Below the pieces are notes generated by a model. The model had not been told where the DNA came from. It was given only the letters and a program-made list of their open reading frames with translations, and made no database searches. A stretch of 64,000 bases of DNA, taken from Isurus oxyrinchus (taxonomy: Eukaryota). Both the position numbers and the translations under genes were made by a program. Below, piece by piece: positions 37,941 to 52,361 of this stretch (position 1 is its first letter; each line of letters starts with the position of its first letter). The stretch covers positions 372,001-436,000 of the forward strand of contig JANJGN010000242.1 of the NCBI GenBank assembly GCA_026770705.1, read 5' to 3'.

Positions 37941-40420
37941 CGTTCGGCAGCCTGGAGCTGATTGTTTATATGACGGGAAGCTGGGGACTGCAGCCCTGGA
38001 CTGCACTGGGAGACCGGACCTCAGTGCTGGGCTGAAATATTTTAGGGGGATCGAGTTGATTGGCACAGGGCGGTGTCGCTGAGATTGTTGATTTGCTGCA
38101 CGGATCCCGGGTTGCTGGCTTAGTTTAGTGTGAATAAGAGAAAGGTTTATAAAAGGAGGCTGCAATTTCCTGACTCTACATTTGGATTGTGATCCGGATG
38201 TAAAAGCCCCTCCCACAAAAATTTGGGGTACAGGGGTGGGGGGAGGCGAGATTTTCTTTCTGCCAGTTGGGCTGCCGCATTCCTTACCCCGCAGTGATGA
38301 ACTAGGAGGTTGATGCATGTGCTGTACTGGGTGGTGGTTGTTTAAGGTCGAACGTGGGCCCAGGACGCAAGGAAAATTCCCCCTCCCCGCTCTTACTCCA
38401 ATATTGCGGAGATTGTTTAACATCGTCCTGAAAGGGCTGGCGGGACCTCAGTTCGACTCCTGATCTGAAGTTCGGCGCCTCAGACCCGGCATCTTCCCTG
38501 GCCCAGCAACCGGGGAAAGGTTAGAATATGAAGTAGCCCAGTGACATTACCAATATCCTGGTAGGTCTGCACAACATGCACATAAACAAGTTATGGTTAG
38601 TTCAGTTCGCTGGATTGCGAGCTTGTGGTTCGGAAAAATGTAACAGCACTGGTTCTATTGGGGTTCTGGCTGAGGTAGGCTTGTGGCCTTCCTGCTCCTG
38701 CGGGTGGAAGGCAATTGTAAAGCAAAGCTAACAGGAAAGCAACTCAGGGTGAAGCAACTGCAGAAAATCGGCCATTGGCGGAGCAGACATGAAATAATAC
38801 AAAGAACAAACTCCCCTCGTCATTGAAACAATTGCTTCCCACACCAGTTCTGCGGCGGATTACAGACAAAATGATGCTTCATGTCAGCTCTGTTTGATTT
38901 CCAGGTTGGGGACATTCAGAACTTCCGTTTGAACCGACACAGTTTGAAAAGACACCCGGAAGGGCAATGGACTTTGGGGAAACACTGTGCTTGCAGCTTG
39001 CTTTAAAGTTCACATTCACTGCTTTCTGTTCTGAAAAAATGGGTTCTTTTTATTCGTTCACGCAATGTGGGCTTCGCTGGCAGGGCCAGTATTTATTGCC
39101 CATCCCTAGCTGCCTTTGAGAAGGTGGTGGTGAGCTGCCTTCTTGTCCACTGCAGACCCTGTCGTTTAAGAGCACCCGCTGTGCTGTTTGGGAGACAGTT
39201 CCAGGATTTTGACATAATGGCAGCAGAGGAAAGGCGATATGTTTCGTAGTCACGATGCTGAGTGACTCTGGGGTGTTAAGAATTATCTCTTACCCAGCAA
39301 CAGCAACACTCGCCCAAATAAGCCCTATGACAAGGCCGAGGTCAAAGACTTCATAAACCTGACACCGGTGTTAGGAAAAATGCTGCGCAGCATTGAGGGC
39401 AGGGGCGAAAAGACCATTAAGGGGCGAAAGGGACATTGAAACAGCAACACACCTCACAAATAGGGCCGACCGCACGTCACATAGACATGGGCGATTATTT
39501 GACCTTCAGCAGATAAAATCACAATTTTTTCTGCATGTTCGGCCAATTGGTGAGTATTTTTAATGTAATTAAAATCCGGCTTTGAGGCTACCACAGAGTG
39601 TAAAGTCCTGTTTAAAATAAACATGTGCATGTGTAGTGCAGTATAAACGTAATTAAAACAAATAGGGATATGGTCTGGAATAGTGTTAACAAAGACAGGG
39701 CTGGTGTGATTTTAATAAATATCGGGTCTAATTCAGTAATCACTGAGGCGAGGCCTGTAGTGAAACATGTAGAAATGGCATCGAGTGCAACAGGGAACTT
39801 GTTTAGAGCAGCTAGAACGAAGACAGGACCCCATGAAATCTAAATAGAGTGAAGAGTAGTGTTTTAAGTTCCTCCTTCCGGTTCAGCTCTTGATTTTCAA
39901 GTGTCTTTGGAAAGTTCTCTAAGTGTTCCACAGTGAAGACAGACACAAAATACTTGTGCAACGCCTCTGTGATTTCCTGGCCTTCTATTATCAATTCCCG
40001 AAGTACACTACCGAGAAGACTAACACTAGCTTTAATCAATATTTCATTCTTTAAATATCTGTTGAAATTCTTACTCCCTAATTTTTGAAATATTCTACTT
40101 TTGTCTTTCAGGAAGAAATGGCGAAGATTCGGTTTCTGAACATCTTTCAGAATGAAGGGGTTGTGAATTGCCCTGGATATCACTGCACTGTGATATCTCG
40201 CCAACCTGCGTCAATTCTGTTTTACCACCTCCAATATCGCTTGGAAGCTCTGAGATGTTCATTCATCATTGGAGCTCGGTGATGGCGTACATTGTTCCAC
40301 ATGTCCTAGTCATGGCGTCTGCTGTTTTACATGAAGAAAACTAAACGGTTCCCTTAATATTGATGGAGCCCTTTAGTTCGACATCGCCGTTTGCTGCTGT
40401 GCCGGACACTTCCAGTATCA

Positions 40421-40481
<61 letters not shown>

Positions 40482-40597
40482 TTAGCAATCTATCCTCTGC
40501 TGGACACAGTCATAATCACACACACACAGACAAACACACAAACACAAATACGCACACCTTTAGCCATCTACTTTCTGCTGGACACTGCAGGAAACTT

Positions 40598-40631
<34 letters not shown>

Positions 40632-40659
40632 ACACACACACTCACACACACACACACAC

Positions 40660-41370
40660 ACTCGGAGTCATCCAGAGATTACAACCCGAGAGGTCTTGCT
40701 TTTTAGTCTACTGCCTAACTCCCTGAATTCTTGATGCAAAACATCGTCGTCCTTTCGAACAATGTCATTGGTACCAACATGTACCATCACCTCTTCCTTA
40801 TCCCCTTTCAGGATGCCATGCAGCCGTTCAGTGACATCCAGCACTGGCACCAGGGAGGCAACACACCATCCTAGAGCCACGTTGACGGCTACATTAGCGC
40901 CTATCTGTTCCCCTGACTACAGAATCACCTAATACTATTGCTCTTCCTCTCTTTCTCCCGTCCTGAACTTACTGGCTCCTTTTACAGCCAGAAGCTTGGC
41001 TCTGTCTGCACTCCCTGGAGGAACCAGCGCACTCATCAGCCTCAAAAATGGAATACCAATTTGCGTGCGGAACCCCAAAGGGCTCCTAATCTACCTGCCT
41101 GTTTCTCCTGAGTTACCTAGGACTACCCATTCCCTACATTCCTCAGGTCTCTTCAGCTGCAGTGTGACCACCTCTGTAAATGTGATATCCTAGATGCTCT
41201 CAGACGCACGGATGCTCTACAGTGTCCCCATCCGCTGTTCCAGCTCTGAAACCCGAGATTCAGGACACAATTCCTGAACACATTCTGGTTCTGGGTACTG
41301 GAAATGTTCCCGGCTTCCTACATGGAGAATGAGGAGCACATCACGGCTTTGAGCTCTCTTGTCATCTTAT
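40660..41370 (-). mobile_element. CR1 ORF1 fragment (paralog of 11758-12480)
   Basis: VMVHVGTNDI, RVVISG. Confidence 0.8.
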
Positions 41371-41783
41371 ATCCCTTTAAATTAAACCTATTAAATCAAT
41401 TACCCTCGGGCCCTTCTTTCCTGATCCTCGTTACAGCAGAAGGTACAAACTACAAACCACAAACAGACCTTAAACTAGAAGCAATTACAGTCGTAAACAC
41501 TTCCCGACTTTACCCACTACCTACCAGTCATTTCTTTCCCTTGTAGCCTCTAACGCTGTAGCAGGTCAAGGACACACTCAGAAGATTTAAGAAGTTGGAT
41601 AGCAGAGATCCAATGTAGAGAGCACCTCCTCCCCTCTGCGCCGAATTCCCACTGTGCACCAAATTACCAATAGCCACACTCACTCTGGCTGTGTGTCACT
41701 CAGGATGTGTTCACTCACTTTTTCGTGTGCAAGCACCATGCGCAGGTTTTTGTACAGCTCTCTCCGTGTTCTGTACCACTGTG

Positions 41784-42084
41784 CGCCGACTCAGTGCACA
41801 GTAATACACAGCGGAATCTGTCAGTTGTAGTTTGGAGATATTAAACCGGCTGATTTTCTCGGCAGCATCGATAGAAGCAGAAATTCTTCCCCCGGCAGCA
41901 TTTTCTTTATTTTCCTCTCCTGAAGTGTGTCTCTGAAGCAGATATTCCGGAGCCTGTCCTGGGGACTGACGATACCAGTGTACTTTGTACGGACAGAACC
42001 CTGAATATTCACAGCTTAAAGTAACGGTGTCACCGGCAGCAGAGGTTTGTTCAGGCGGATTTCGGGAAATTATGGAACTGGAAT
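41784..42084 (-). CDS. TRDV: Leaderless supporting TCR-delta V exon (cassette 6), intact
   Basis: CEYSGFCPYKVHWY...TDSAVYYCALSR; consensus 23-RSS at 41745-41783; coding end 5 bp shorter than its paralogs. Confidence 0.92.
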
Positions 42085-44990
42085 CTAGAGGATATAGAAA
42101 AGAGACATTTTATTCATGTTCAGCCACTGCTTGACCAGGTGAATATGTCATCGCGTACATAGCTCTGCTTTCTGCAGTAATTTTACTTGCTGGAAGCCTG
42201 TTTGAACCGTGTTCACTCTTATGAAAATATAATCAAGTCGGGAATTAGATGATATCTTGTTTTACATGGCGAACTCTTCCGATCAGTACTGCACTGTCTG
42301 AAATGGTGTTGGGGACAGATTCCATTGTAACTTTCAAACGAGTAATGGATCTATACTGGAAATGTAAATAAAAATATAAAGCTATGGAGAAAATTCATGG
42401 GCAGTGTGAACGATTGGATTGCACTTTCAAAGGGTCAGCGCCTACACGAGGGGCTGAAGGTCATCATTCCGTGCTGGATAATTCTGTGAGTTATGTTACA
42501 TTCCAGTTTCTATTTTCCTTAATGAGACACAAACAGGAGGGAGCATTTCATGTTCAACGAGGCAACCAATTCCCAACAAAAACGATTTGTTGGACAGGAA
42601 CACAACTGTGTTGCATGACTGTGCACTGCAACATCCAGCACAGACTGATGGGAATCGTCAGCACCGATTGGGCAAAACCGAGAGTGAGCATCAGTGGTCA
42701 ACGGTTAATCATTTACTGCGGTTTAAAACTAATCAGGAATTTCTATCTGCCTTCTGCTCTATTTCTCAATGTTCTATCAATAGTGTCCTGTTTCATGCAG
42801 ATCAGCTTAATTTCAAATATATGCAATTAATTTCATTTTATTTCTTTAATTTCACATTCCCTTTATTTCACATTTTATTTGTGCTCTATGCGGTTTTTTC
42901 AATCGTGCGAACTCGCCCTAAAATCTCTAAGCTGTCAGTTGGGCTCAGTCTGTTCAGTTTCCGCAGTGGTTTTACTGTTCATCACTCGGAACTGCCTCTT
43001 CTGGCTCTCTGACAATTTCAACGCTTTCAGCAGGTTGACTATTTCTCTCTCGGGTTCACTGGGCGGAGGTTTCTCTCAATTTTACATTATCGAGGAAGAA
43101 GCATGTTGAAGACGAATGGGCCTTTCAGCCTGTGTGTATAATCAATTCCAGCCTGACCCGACCCGAAACCGAATTCACCAGTTCCATCCAGCTCCGTGTG
43201 TTGGTCTATTCCATTCTCCCTCCTGAATTTTCAAGTGTTCCACTAAATATATCACTACTACCTCCAACCTCTCAGCAAGTTCCACATTCTGACCTGCCTT
43301 TGTTTAAATTCATTTGTCTTAAATGTTTAATTTGTTCAGACAGTTACTGTCATATGTTGACAGCTACTGCTTTAAATTCAATTTGTCCAGACTAAAACCT
43401 TTCATTATTGAAAAAATTTCTATGGATATTCCTCTTAGTTCTGTTTTCTGGAAAAAAAGACCCAGCCTGTCCAATCTGCCCAGAGAGATGTGGATTGTTG
43501 CTGATTTCTTTACTCAGGAGTGTAAGAAATCAAGGCAGAGAATCCAATCAATAAAAGAAGGAGCCTTCAGATCATCTTTCAAACCTGCTCAGGCACTCAG
43601 TAATATCCGGGCTGATTTACAACCTCAACATCACATTCACGCACCCTTCCCATACCCCTGATCCCTTCAGTGTCCGAAAACTTGACGAATATTCTCTTGA
43701 ATGCACGCAGATTATGAACATCCAGAGCTCTCTGATTTACGGAATGCCACAAATTATCAACAATGGATGTACTGAAGATATATTTTCCTTCTCAGATGAC
43801 TCTTTATTCTCAAGCTGTAACCCCAAGTTATGTACTCCTCAGTCTGGGAAATTCCTGCCCAGAATCTGCCCTTTCAAAGCCCTTCAGAATATTTTATGTT
43901 TTCAAGAGATCGTCTCTCATTCTTCTAAACTCTGGGAAGTATAGACCGAGACGACTAAATCTCTTCCCATTGGACAATGCTTTCATCACAGGAATGAGTT
44001 TGATGAATCTTTGTTGCACTCATTCCAATGCAGATTGATCTCTCTTCTGTAAAGAGACCATATTTTACACAGCATTTCGGACTGGATTTCATTTCAGTCC
44101 TTTCCTCCTTAAACCTCCATCAAAACTGATTCTGATTGTGCATTGAAACGCGCTCAGAAATCATCCAATCCTTCTCTCCCTTTCGATTATTTTTTTCTTG
44201 CTGGTTCTGAATGACCATTATCCTTGTTTGTAATTGTTCCCTTATGGCCGTCCTCTCCTTTATGAGATTAATGCATCATCCTAACTCGCTCACCGCACTG
44301 TGTTGTTTCAATTCACAGTAATCAGGGATACAGATAAGTTACACCAATCCCATCTCTCAAACATTTGCATTCCATAAAGAGAAGTGGCTGCAGTTCCAAA
44401 CTTTCACATTTCGGTCTGAGAGTGGAAACGCAGGAAAGTGATTGGTTATGTGAAGACAATTGATAGAAATGGCGGGGAGAATTTCACTAATTTCAGTCAC
44501 TGATTGTCAAACAATAAAATTTCATCTGGACCCACATCAGGATCTCTTATATCTGAAATCACTCGTGTCATTCTCCCGTTTTTCGCCCCGGTCAGGTGTT
44601 GAACGACCCGCTGCTGCAGGTATCTGAACTGGCCGCAGTTGTGTTGAGTTTATTCACCCGGTACCTCGTTCACAATGCGCGGCTCGGACCTAAATCTGCT
44701 GCCCAGGAGAGAGCTCTGTGCCCCCGCTCTAAGGGACATTTAAATCTCCCTCGGTCACAGCAACACTGGGAGTGCAGTCCGGACTCTCGACAATCTCCAC
44801 TCATTAACAGTGATTCAGAGTGTGAGAGTCCGAGATGTTTATATTGTCCCCGATGTGCCCGTTACAACAATAATGGTCCAGAGTCCGCCAAATCCCACAT
44901 CCCACCTAAACTACACTAATCTCAATAATAAACTGACGGTGAACATTACATAGGACAGGCTGTAACCCGGCGGGGTTTGGAACTACTTAC

Positions 44991-45043
44991 CGGCTGTGAC
45001 AGACACCACCGTCCCGGATCCATCCGCATAATCAGTTTCCCAC
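44991..45043 (-). CDS. NAR-TCR J segment 6
   Basis: WETDYADGSGTVVSVTA, GT donor, RSS CACGATG-23-ACAACAACC. Confidence 0.9.
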
Positions 45044-45424
45044 CACGATGACACCGCTCTCAGTCTCCCCGGTACAACAACCATCGACACGTCAACTTGC
45101 CGGCAAATCATCATCAGACAGTAGAAACTGCCCAATTATTCAGCCGTTTAAAATAAATAAAAATGTTCAATGTTTCAAAGACTCTATCGGTTCAAACTGT
45201 TCCTTGTGAGGCCCTGAGCTCTGAGTAAATGATCCCGGGAACGAGGTCCTCGCTTCATATAAACCGAGAAAAATATCAAAGAAAGAGAACTGAATGGTGG
45301 AAATTACAATGAAATGTAACCAGATTCCAGCGATAATAACATGAAACCGACAATTCACTATCCAGGCCCGGAGAATTTATATTGTGATCGTAGACAGGTA
45401 TTCGCTCGGATCTCTCCCACTGTG

Positions 45425-45439
45425 ACTGTCCCAAAATAA
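45425..45439 (-). other. NAR-TCR D segment 6 (TTATTTTGGGACAGT), 12/12 RSS
   Basis: Heptamers 45418-45424 and 45440-45446 (CACAGCG). Confidence 0.9.
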
Positions 45440-45831
45440 CACAGCGTTACAAGTCGGTATAAAATCCCCCGGGTACTTGGTGAGACCTGGGCACTTTAGT
45501 TAAACAACGGGCACTGCGGGCCCGGTTCCAGGTGTTAGACCAGGATCACATCTGGTGTTAGGAGTTTGTAACTGGGTTCTGCCATTCCCAATCCCCCTTC
45601 ACTGACATCAATCCCGAGAAAGACATCACCATCCGCAAACACTCGGCATTTATAAAACTCAAGATGTTAACGGCAATAATCCAATCTCATTATAAACTAG
45701 ACTGTGGAGCAGATGGTGTGAGGCGGAACTGTGGGCGTTTAACTGCAGATTAACTCCACTGTTTCATTTGTTTCTATGATAATCTGCAGTGAGAGTTTTT
45801 GTATCGCTGGTAGCCGAGGCCCATCATTGTG

Positions 45832-46312
45832 AGATTTGTATCTGTACTGAGCTTTACAGTAATAGGTGGCGGTGTCTTCAACTCTCACATCCCGAATTTC
45901 CAGTGAAAATGTCTTTTCTGCTTTACTCACCGACACAACAAATCTCCCCCCGCTGGAGATCCGCTCCCGCTCTGTCCCGGTTTGGGTTTGTCTGAAGAAA
46001 TCCCCGCCCGCCAATGGACGAGCGTAGAAACCACCATAGAAAACACAGGTGATGGTGAGAGACCGACACTCCTTCCTGGTCACCGCTGCCGGGGTCTGTA
46101 CCACTGACTGACTGAAATAGCCTGTAAATTAAACAGAAAGATTTTAATGGACCATGAGAGCCGAACTGCAGAGCGGGGTTAAACCCCCAAACAGTGTCTG
46201 TAATTGCGATGGAGTCGGGCAGCTGTATGTTAAATCCACACAGTGTCGGTTTGTTTGATCGGTACTCACGGGGTAAACAGACCCACAGGATGAAAACAAG
46301 GAGGATTCCCAT
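45832..46312 (-). CDS. NAR-TCR V segment 6 (leader 46270-46312, V exon 45832-46121), intact
   Basis: Open leader and V, GT/AG sites intact, FR1 Cys present, RSS CACAATG-22-ACAAAAACT. Confidence 0.93.
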
Positions 46313-47949
46313 CGTTCTGCTGCCTGGAACTGAGGATCTATATGACGGGGAGCTGGAGACTGCGGACTTGGACGGCACTGGGAGACTGGACCTCAGAGCT
46401 GGCCTGAAATATTTTAGGGGGATCGAGTTGATTTGCACAGGGCAATTTCGCTGAGATCATTGATTTGCCGCACGGTTCCAGGGTACCTGGCTCAGTGTTA
46501 AGTAAATTAGAGAGAGGTTTATGAAGGAGGCTGCAATATTCCGACTCTACATTTGGATTGTAATCCGGATGTGAAAGCCCCTCCCACAATACTCTGGTGC
46601 ACAGGTGTGGGGGAGGGGAGCTTTTCTTTCTGCCAGTTGTGCTGCTGCCTCCTTTCCTAGCAGTGATGAGCAGGAAGGTCTTTGTAAGTATTTGTGTTGG
46701 GTGGTATGTGTTAAAGGTGGAATGTGGTCCCAGGACATCGAGAGAATCCCCCTGTCCCACTCCTATCCCAATATGCAGGAGATTGTTGCCTTGTTCTTGT
46801 CAATCCTGACGGGGTTACTGCTGTTTCGCAAAAGGAAATCACAAGGTTTGCTTTGAATACCCCTGCGAATTAGCCCCGCCAACACCGGAGTGTTCTTGAG
46901 CTATGAGCCCCACACGGGCTTCATTGATTAACTGGACCCCGTACAATTAAACCAGTTGCCCCCCCCCAAACCATTAACCAAAACTTATTACACTTGCAGC
47001 ATTTCCAGTTCGGATAACATTTTACCGATCTGAAACGTTAGCTCTGATTCTCTCCCCCCTGAGAGGCATCCTAACCGGCTAACATTTACCTTTCCTGAAT
47101 TTTCTGTTCTTTTATTTCAGATTTGCAGCTTTGGGGATCTCATCTTTTCGATTATTGCATCGTGTGGGATTGGAATGTCACCCCTGCTGCATTTAACCTG
47201 TCTGAGCTGTGCTGATTATCTTTGTTCGATTCTAACGGCTCTAGTTCATTCGCCACTGCACGGAGGGAAACCTCGCACCTAGAGACTGGGAAAAATGGTT
47301 GTTTTAAACATTTGCTTTATTCTTTCATGGGATGTGGGCGTCGCTGGTTTGTCAGCATTTATTGCCTTGCTCTAATTGCCCTTGTTCCAGGGTACTTAAT
47401 AGTCAACCGCATTAATGTGGGCCCGGAGTCAGATGTAGGCCAGACTAAGTAAGGGCGGCAGATTTCCCTCCCTGAAGCACATAAGTGAAGCACTTTGGTT
47501 TATTAACGACAATCGGTAATGGTTCAGTGGTCATCAATAGAATTGTAAATCCAGATTATTAGGAGAATTGATATTGCACTGTGAATCCAGATTTGGAGGG
47601 TCAGCGTGTCTTCCAGGGTTAGCCCCTGACTTTTGAAATATTCTATCTTTGTCTTTCAGGAAGAATTGGTGAAGATTCAGGTTCTGAACATCTTTCAGAA
47701 TGAAGGGGTTGTGAATTGCCCTGGATATCACTGCACTGTGGTTTTTCACCATCCGCCGTCAGTTCTGTTTTACCACCTCCAATATGGCTTGGAAGATCTG
47801 AGATGTTCACTGAGTATCGGAGCTCGGTGCTGGGGTACATGTTTCCACATGTCCCAGTCATGGCGTCTGCTGTTTTACACGAAGGAAACGATACGGTTCC
47901 CTTAATATTGATAGAGCCCTTCAATTCGAAATCGCCGATTGTTGCTGTG

Positions 47950-48500
47950 CTGGACACTGCCGGAATCAGACACACACGCCGCGCTCAGGCGCAGACACAC
48001 ACAACTTTAGCTATCGACCCTCTGCTGGACACTGTCTTATCCTCTCTCTCTCTCTCTCTCGTAGACACGCCCACACACGCACCTCATGCAATCTAACCAC
48101 TGCTGGACACTGTCATGTTCACAAACACACACACATACACACAGACACACACACATTCAGATAATCGACCTTCTGCTCCACACAGCCGGAATCTCTCACA
48201 CACACAGGCACACACACAAACACGCACGTTTAGCAAATTACCCTCGCATACACACACATACACACACACAACACGCACACACAGAAACCTTTAGCAATCT
48301 ACTGTCTGCTGGACACGGTGATAATCACACACAAGCACATACACACACTTGAAACTTTAGCTCTGCTGGACACTGGGATAATCACACACACACACGCACG
48401 CACACACCTTAAGCAATCGTCTGTAGAGTGTCATAATCTCACACACACACACTTTTAGCAGTCTACCTTCTGCTGCACACAGCCGGAATCACACTCCTTA
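47950..48500. repeat. Complex CA-rich satellite
   Basis: Same unit as 19440-20285. Confidence 0.9.
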
Positions 48501-51421
48501 ACCGTTCTGCTTTTCGTTCAGCGAAGTGGCGTAGAGGCTTTGTCACTGCACCAGTAACCCAGGTAATAACCCCGGTTCAAATCCCACCATGGTACTTGAA
48601 TTTAATAGCTATCTCGAATTATCTTCAGCGGGAAACCGCTCTTAAATGTCATGACAAAATCCATCTGGCTCGCAGATGGCTTGTCCGGCAGGGGACTCTA
48701 AACACTCAGCTAGTTAGAAGTGCTGACTCTCACTTGGCAGGGCTCTGTCATCAGCAGCGAATCTACCGACCAGCTTTTATGCTCCCATCCAAATAATTTT
48801 GGAGTATAAAAACAATTAATTATGGCCATACTCGGCATGTTGGTAAACATGGGTGCAGAGCGAATCAGAAATAAGGATTCATTTCCGCGACATTTCATCT
48901 GAAGTCAATTTGAGGAGTTGTAGGTTTCTGGTGAAAGGTCACAGACTGGGAACTTCATTCTCTTTCTGGTTATGCTTCCAGACTTTTGTTTTGGCGTTTC
49001 GAATTTGGTTAACATTTTGCTGCGAGATACACGAGAGGAGGGAGGAATTTCACCCGCAGGGCAATCGCAGGCACATTCTTTTAGGTAACTATCTGGTCAC
49101 ATTTTGGGACGAGAATAAATATGCCCACATTGCGGACACTTCAGTTTAAGCACGGATTTTACTGTATAGTTATATTAATGTTCTTTAAGAATCATCACAC
49201 AACGGTACAAAAGAAACACGCAGGATCTCTCTCGGTTCCCTGGTACATCATCAGACAATGAAGCTCCCAACGTAGCAATTCATTTCTCCTTATATCTTAA
49301 ACTTACGTTCCCTTTTTTTCACATTTTCTTTGTGCTGTTTTGGCTTTTTGCAATCGGGGAAACTTGCCCCAGACTCTCTAAATTTTCGGTTGTGCTCAGC
49401 CTGTTCATTTCCGCAGTCCTTTTACTGTTACTCACTGGGAACTGCCTTCCGGCTCTGACAATTTGGACTCTCTCCGCTCATTAACTGATCCTCTCCTGGC
49501 TTCACTGGGTGGAGCTTTCCCTCAGTTTTACATTATCGAAGAAAAAGAATGCGGAGGGGAAATGTGCCATTCAACCTGTGTATATCATCACTTCCGGCCA
49601 AACCCCGCCAGGAATCTTATTGAACAATTACATCCAGCTCCCTGTGTTCTTCTGTTCGGTTCTCCCTTCTGCATTTTCAAGTGTACCAATAAATCTTCCA
49701 ATACTGTCTCCAACCTCTCCCCGTGGCCGCAAGTTCCACATTCTGACCTGCCTTTGCTTCAATTCATTTGTCTTAAATGTTTTATTTGTTCTGTCATTTA
49801 CTCTCATATGTTGACGGCTATTGCTTTAGACTCAGTGTGTCCAGACTAAAACCGGTCATTATTGAAAAAATTCTGTGGATATTCTTCGTGGTTCTCTTTT
49901 CCAGAAAGAAGAGACTCAACCTCTTCAATCTTCCCAGCGAAATGTGGATTGCTGCTGATTTCTTTATTCAGGAGTGTAGGAAATCAAGGCAGAGAATCCA
50001 ATCAATAGAAGCAGGAGCCCCCATATCACCTTTCAAACCTGCTCAGCTATTCAGTAATATCCGGGCTGATTTACAACCTCAATGTCACATTCCTGCACTC
50101 TCCCCATATCCATGAGCCCATTAATGTCCGAATAACTGGCGCATATTGCCTTGAATGCACACAGATTAAGAACATCCACAGCTCTCTGAGTTACGGAATG
50201 CCACCAATTCACAACAGTGGTTGTACTGAAGATATATTTTCCTTCTCAGATGACTCTTTATTCTGAAGCTGTGTCCCCGAGTTCTATACTCCTCAGTCTG
50301 GGGAAACTCCGGCAAAGAATCTGCCCTCTCAAAGCCATTCAGTATATTAGATATTTTCATGAGATCACCTCTTATGCTACTAAACTCTAGGAAATATAGA
50401 CCGAGATGACTCAATTTCTTTACATTGGTCAATCCCTTCATCTCAGGAATCAGTCTGATGAATCTTTGCTGCACTTCTTCCAATGCAGATTGATCTCCCT
50501 TCTGTAAGTGGAAGAAAACATTACACAGCATTTCGAACTGGAGTCAATTTCAGCCCTTCCCTCCATAAAGCTCATTCACCACGGAGTCGGATTGTACTTT
50601 GAAAGGCGCCCAGAAATCATTCAACCCTTCTCCCCGTTTCGATTATTTTTTTTTCTTTCTGGTTCTGAATGAGCATTCTCCTAGTTTGTAATTGTTCCCT
50701 TATGTTCCTCACTGTCTCACTGCACTGTGTAGCTTATTCAAAGTAATCCGAAATACAGATACATTTCAGCAATCCCATCTCTCAAACATTTATTAGTCAC
50801 AATAGATGAGTGTCTGCAGTTCCATATTTTCACATTTGGGTCTGAGGGCGGAAAAGGAGGAGAGTGTTTGGTTCTATGAAGACAATTGAAAGAAACGGCA
50901 GGTGCATTGTTACTAATTTTAGTCACTGATTTTCCAATAATAAAACTCCACCTGGACCCACAGTAGGGTGTCTTATATCTGAAGTCCCTTTTGTCACTCT
51001 GCCGTTTGTCTCCCGGGTAAGTTATTGAACGAGCCGCTGCAGGTTTCCGAATAGGCCGCAGTTTATTGAGTTTATTCACCCGGTGCCTCATTGATATTGC
51101 GCGGCACATACTGCAATCTGTTGCTCAGGACGGGGCTCTGTGACCCAGTTCCCGGGCTCTAAGGGACAGACAGAGCTCCCTCGGTCACAGTTAACACCGG
51201 GAGTGTGGTCCGGATTGTCGACAAACTGCACTTATTTAGAGCGATTCAGAGTGTGAGAGTCCGTGATGTTGATCATGTCCCCGATGTGCGCGTTGATCCA
51301 ATAATGGTCCAGATTCCATCATCTCCCACATCCCACCCAAACACCGCTGATATCAATAATAAACTGACGGTGAACATTACCCGGGATAGTCTGTAACCCG
51401 GCGAGGTTTGGATTTACTTAG

Positions 51422-51478
51422 CGGCTGTGACAATCACCACCGTACCGGACCCATCCACAGAATCATATTTATAACCCA
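51422..51478 (-). pseudogene. NAR-TCR J segment 7; RSS intact, splice donor GT->CT
   Basis: GYKYDSVDGSGTVVIVTA then GCT AAG TAA; heptamer 51479-51485, 23-bp spacer. Confidence 0.87.
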
Positions 51479-51860
51479 CACAGTGACACCGCACTCTGTG
51501 TCCCCTGTACAACAACCTTCGACACCTCAATCTGCTGGGAGGTCATCATCAGACCGTAGAAAATGCCCAATTATTCAATGTATTTAAATAAATAAACAAT
51601 ATTCACCATTTCAAAGTCTCTGTTGTTTCAATCTGTTGTTGTTAAGACCCTGAGCTCTGAGTAAATGGTCCCGGTAACGAGATATTCGCTTCCTAATAAC
51701 CGAGAAAAATATGAAAGAAAGATACCAGAATAATGGAAATTACAGTGAATTGTTACCAGATTACAGAGATAATAACATCAACCCGACAATTCACTATCCA
51801 TGCCCAGATAATTTATATTGCGATCGTTCAAAGGTATTCTCTCAGGTCTCTCCCACTGTG

Positions 51861-52361
51861 ACTGTCCCAAAATAATGCTACAGTAATATCTGGACTGAGT
51901 TTTACAGTAATAGGTGGCGCTGGCATCAATTCTCACATCCCGAATTTCCAGCGAAAATATCTTTTCTGCTTTATTCGCCGACACAACAAATATCCTCCCT
52001 CTGGAGATCCGCCCCCGCTCTGTCCCGGTCTGGGTTCGTTTGAAGAAATCCCCGCCCGTCAAACGACGAGCAAAAAAAATCACCACAGAACACACAGGTG
52101 ATGGTGAGAGACTGACACTCCTTCCTGGTCACCGCTGCCGGGTTCTGTGTCACTGACTGACTGAAAGAGCCTGGAAATTAAACAGAGAGAGTTTCATGGA
52201 CCATCAGAGCCGAACCACAGAGCGGGGTTAAAACCCCAGACAGTGTCTGTAATTGGGATGGACTCGGGCAGCTTTATATTCAATCCACACAATGTCGGTT
52301 TGTTTGATCGGTACTCACGGGGTAAACAGACACATAGGTTGAAAACAAGGAGGATTCCCAT
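51861..52361 (-). pseudogene. Pre-joined NAR-TCR V-D (V7D7) with intact leader (52319-52361) and a +1 frameshift in a T8 run
   Basis: YYCKTQSRY-YCSI-ILGQ then 12-RSS; D 51861-51875, junction 51876-51885; homopolymer at 52072-52079. Confidence 0.88.

Noticed and set aside
37773-38423. 216-aa ORFs here and at 58627-59277
   Set aside because: Chance read-through of promoter, dead leader and intron; not open in the other cassettes.
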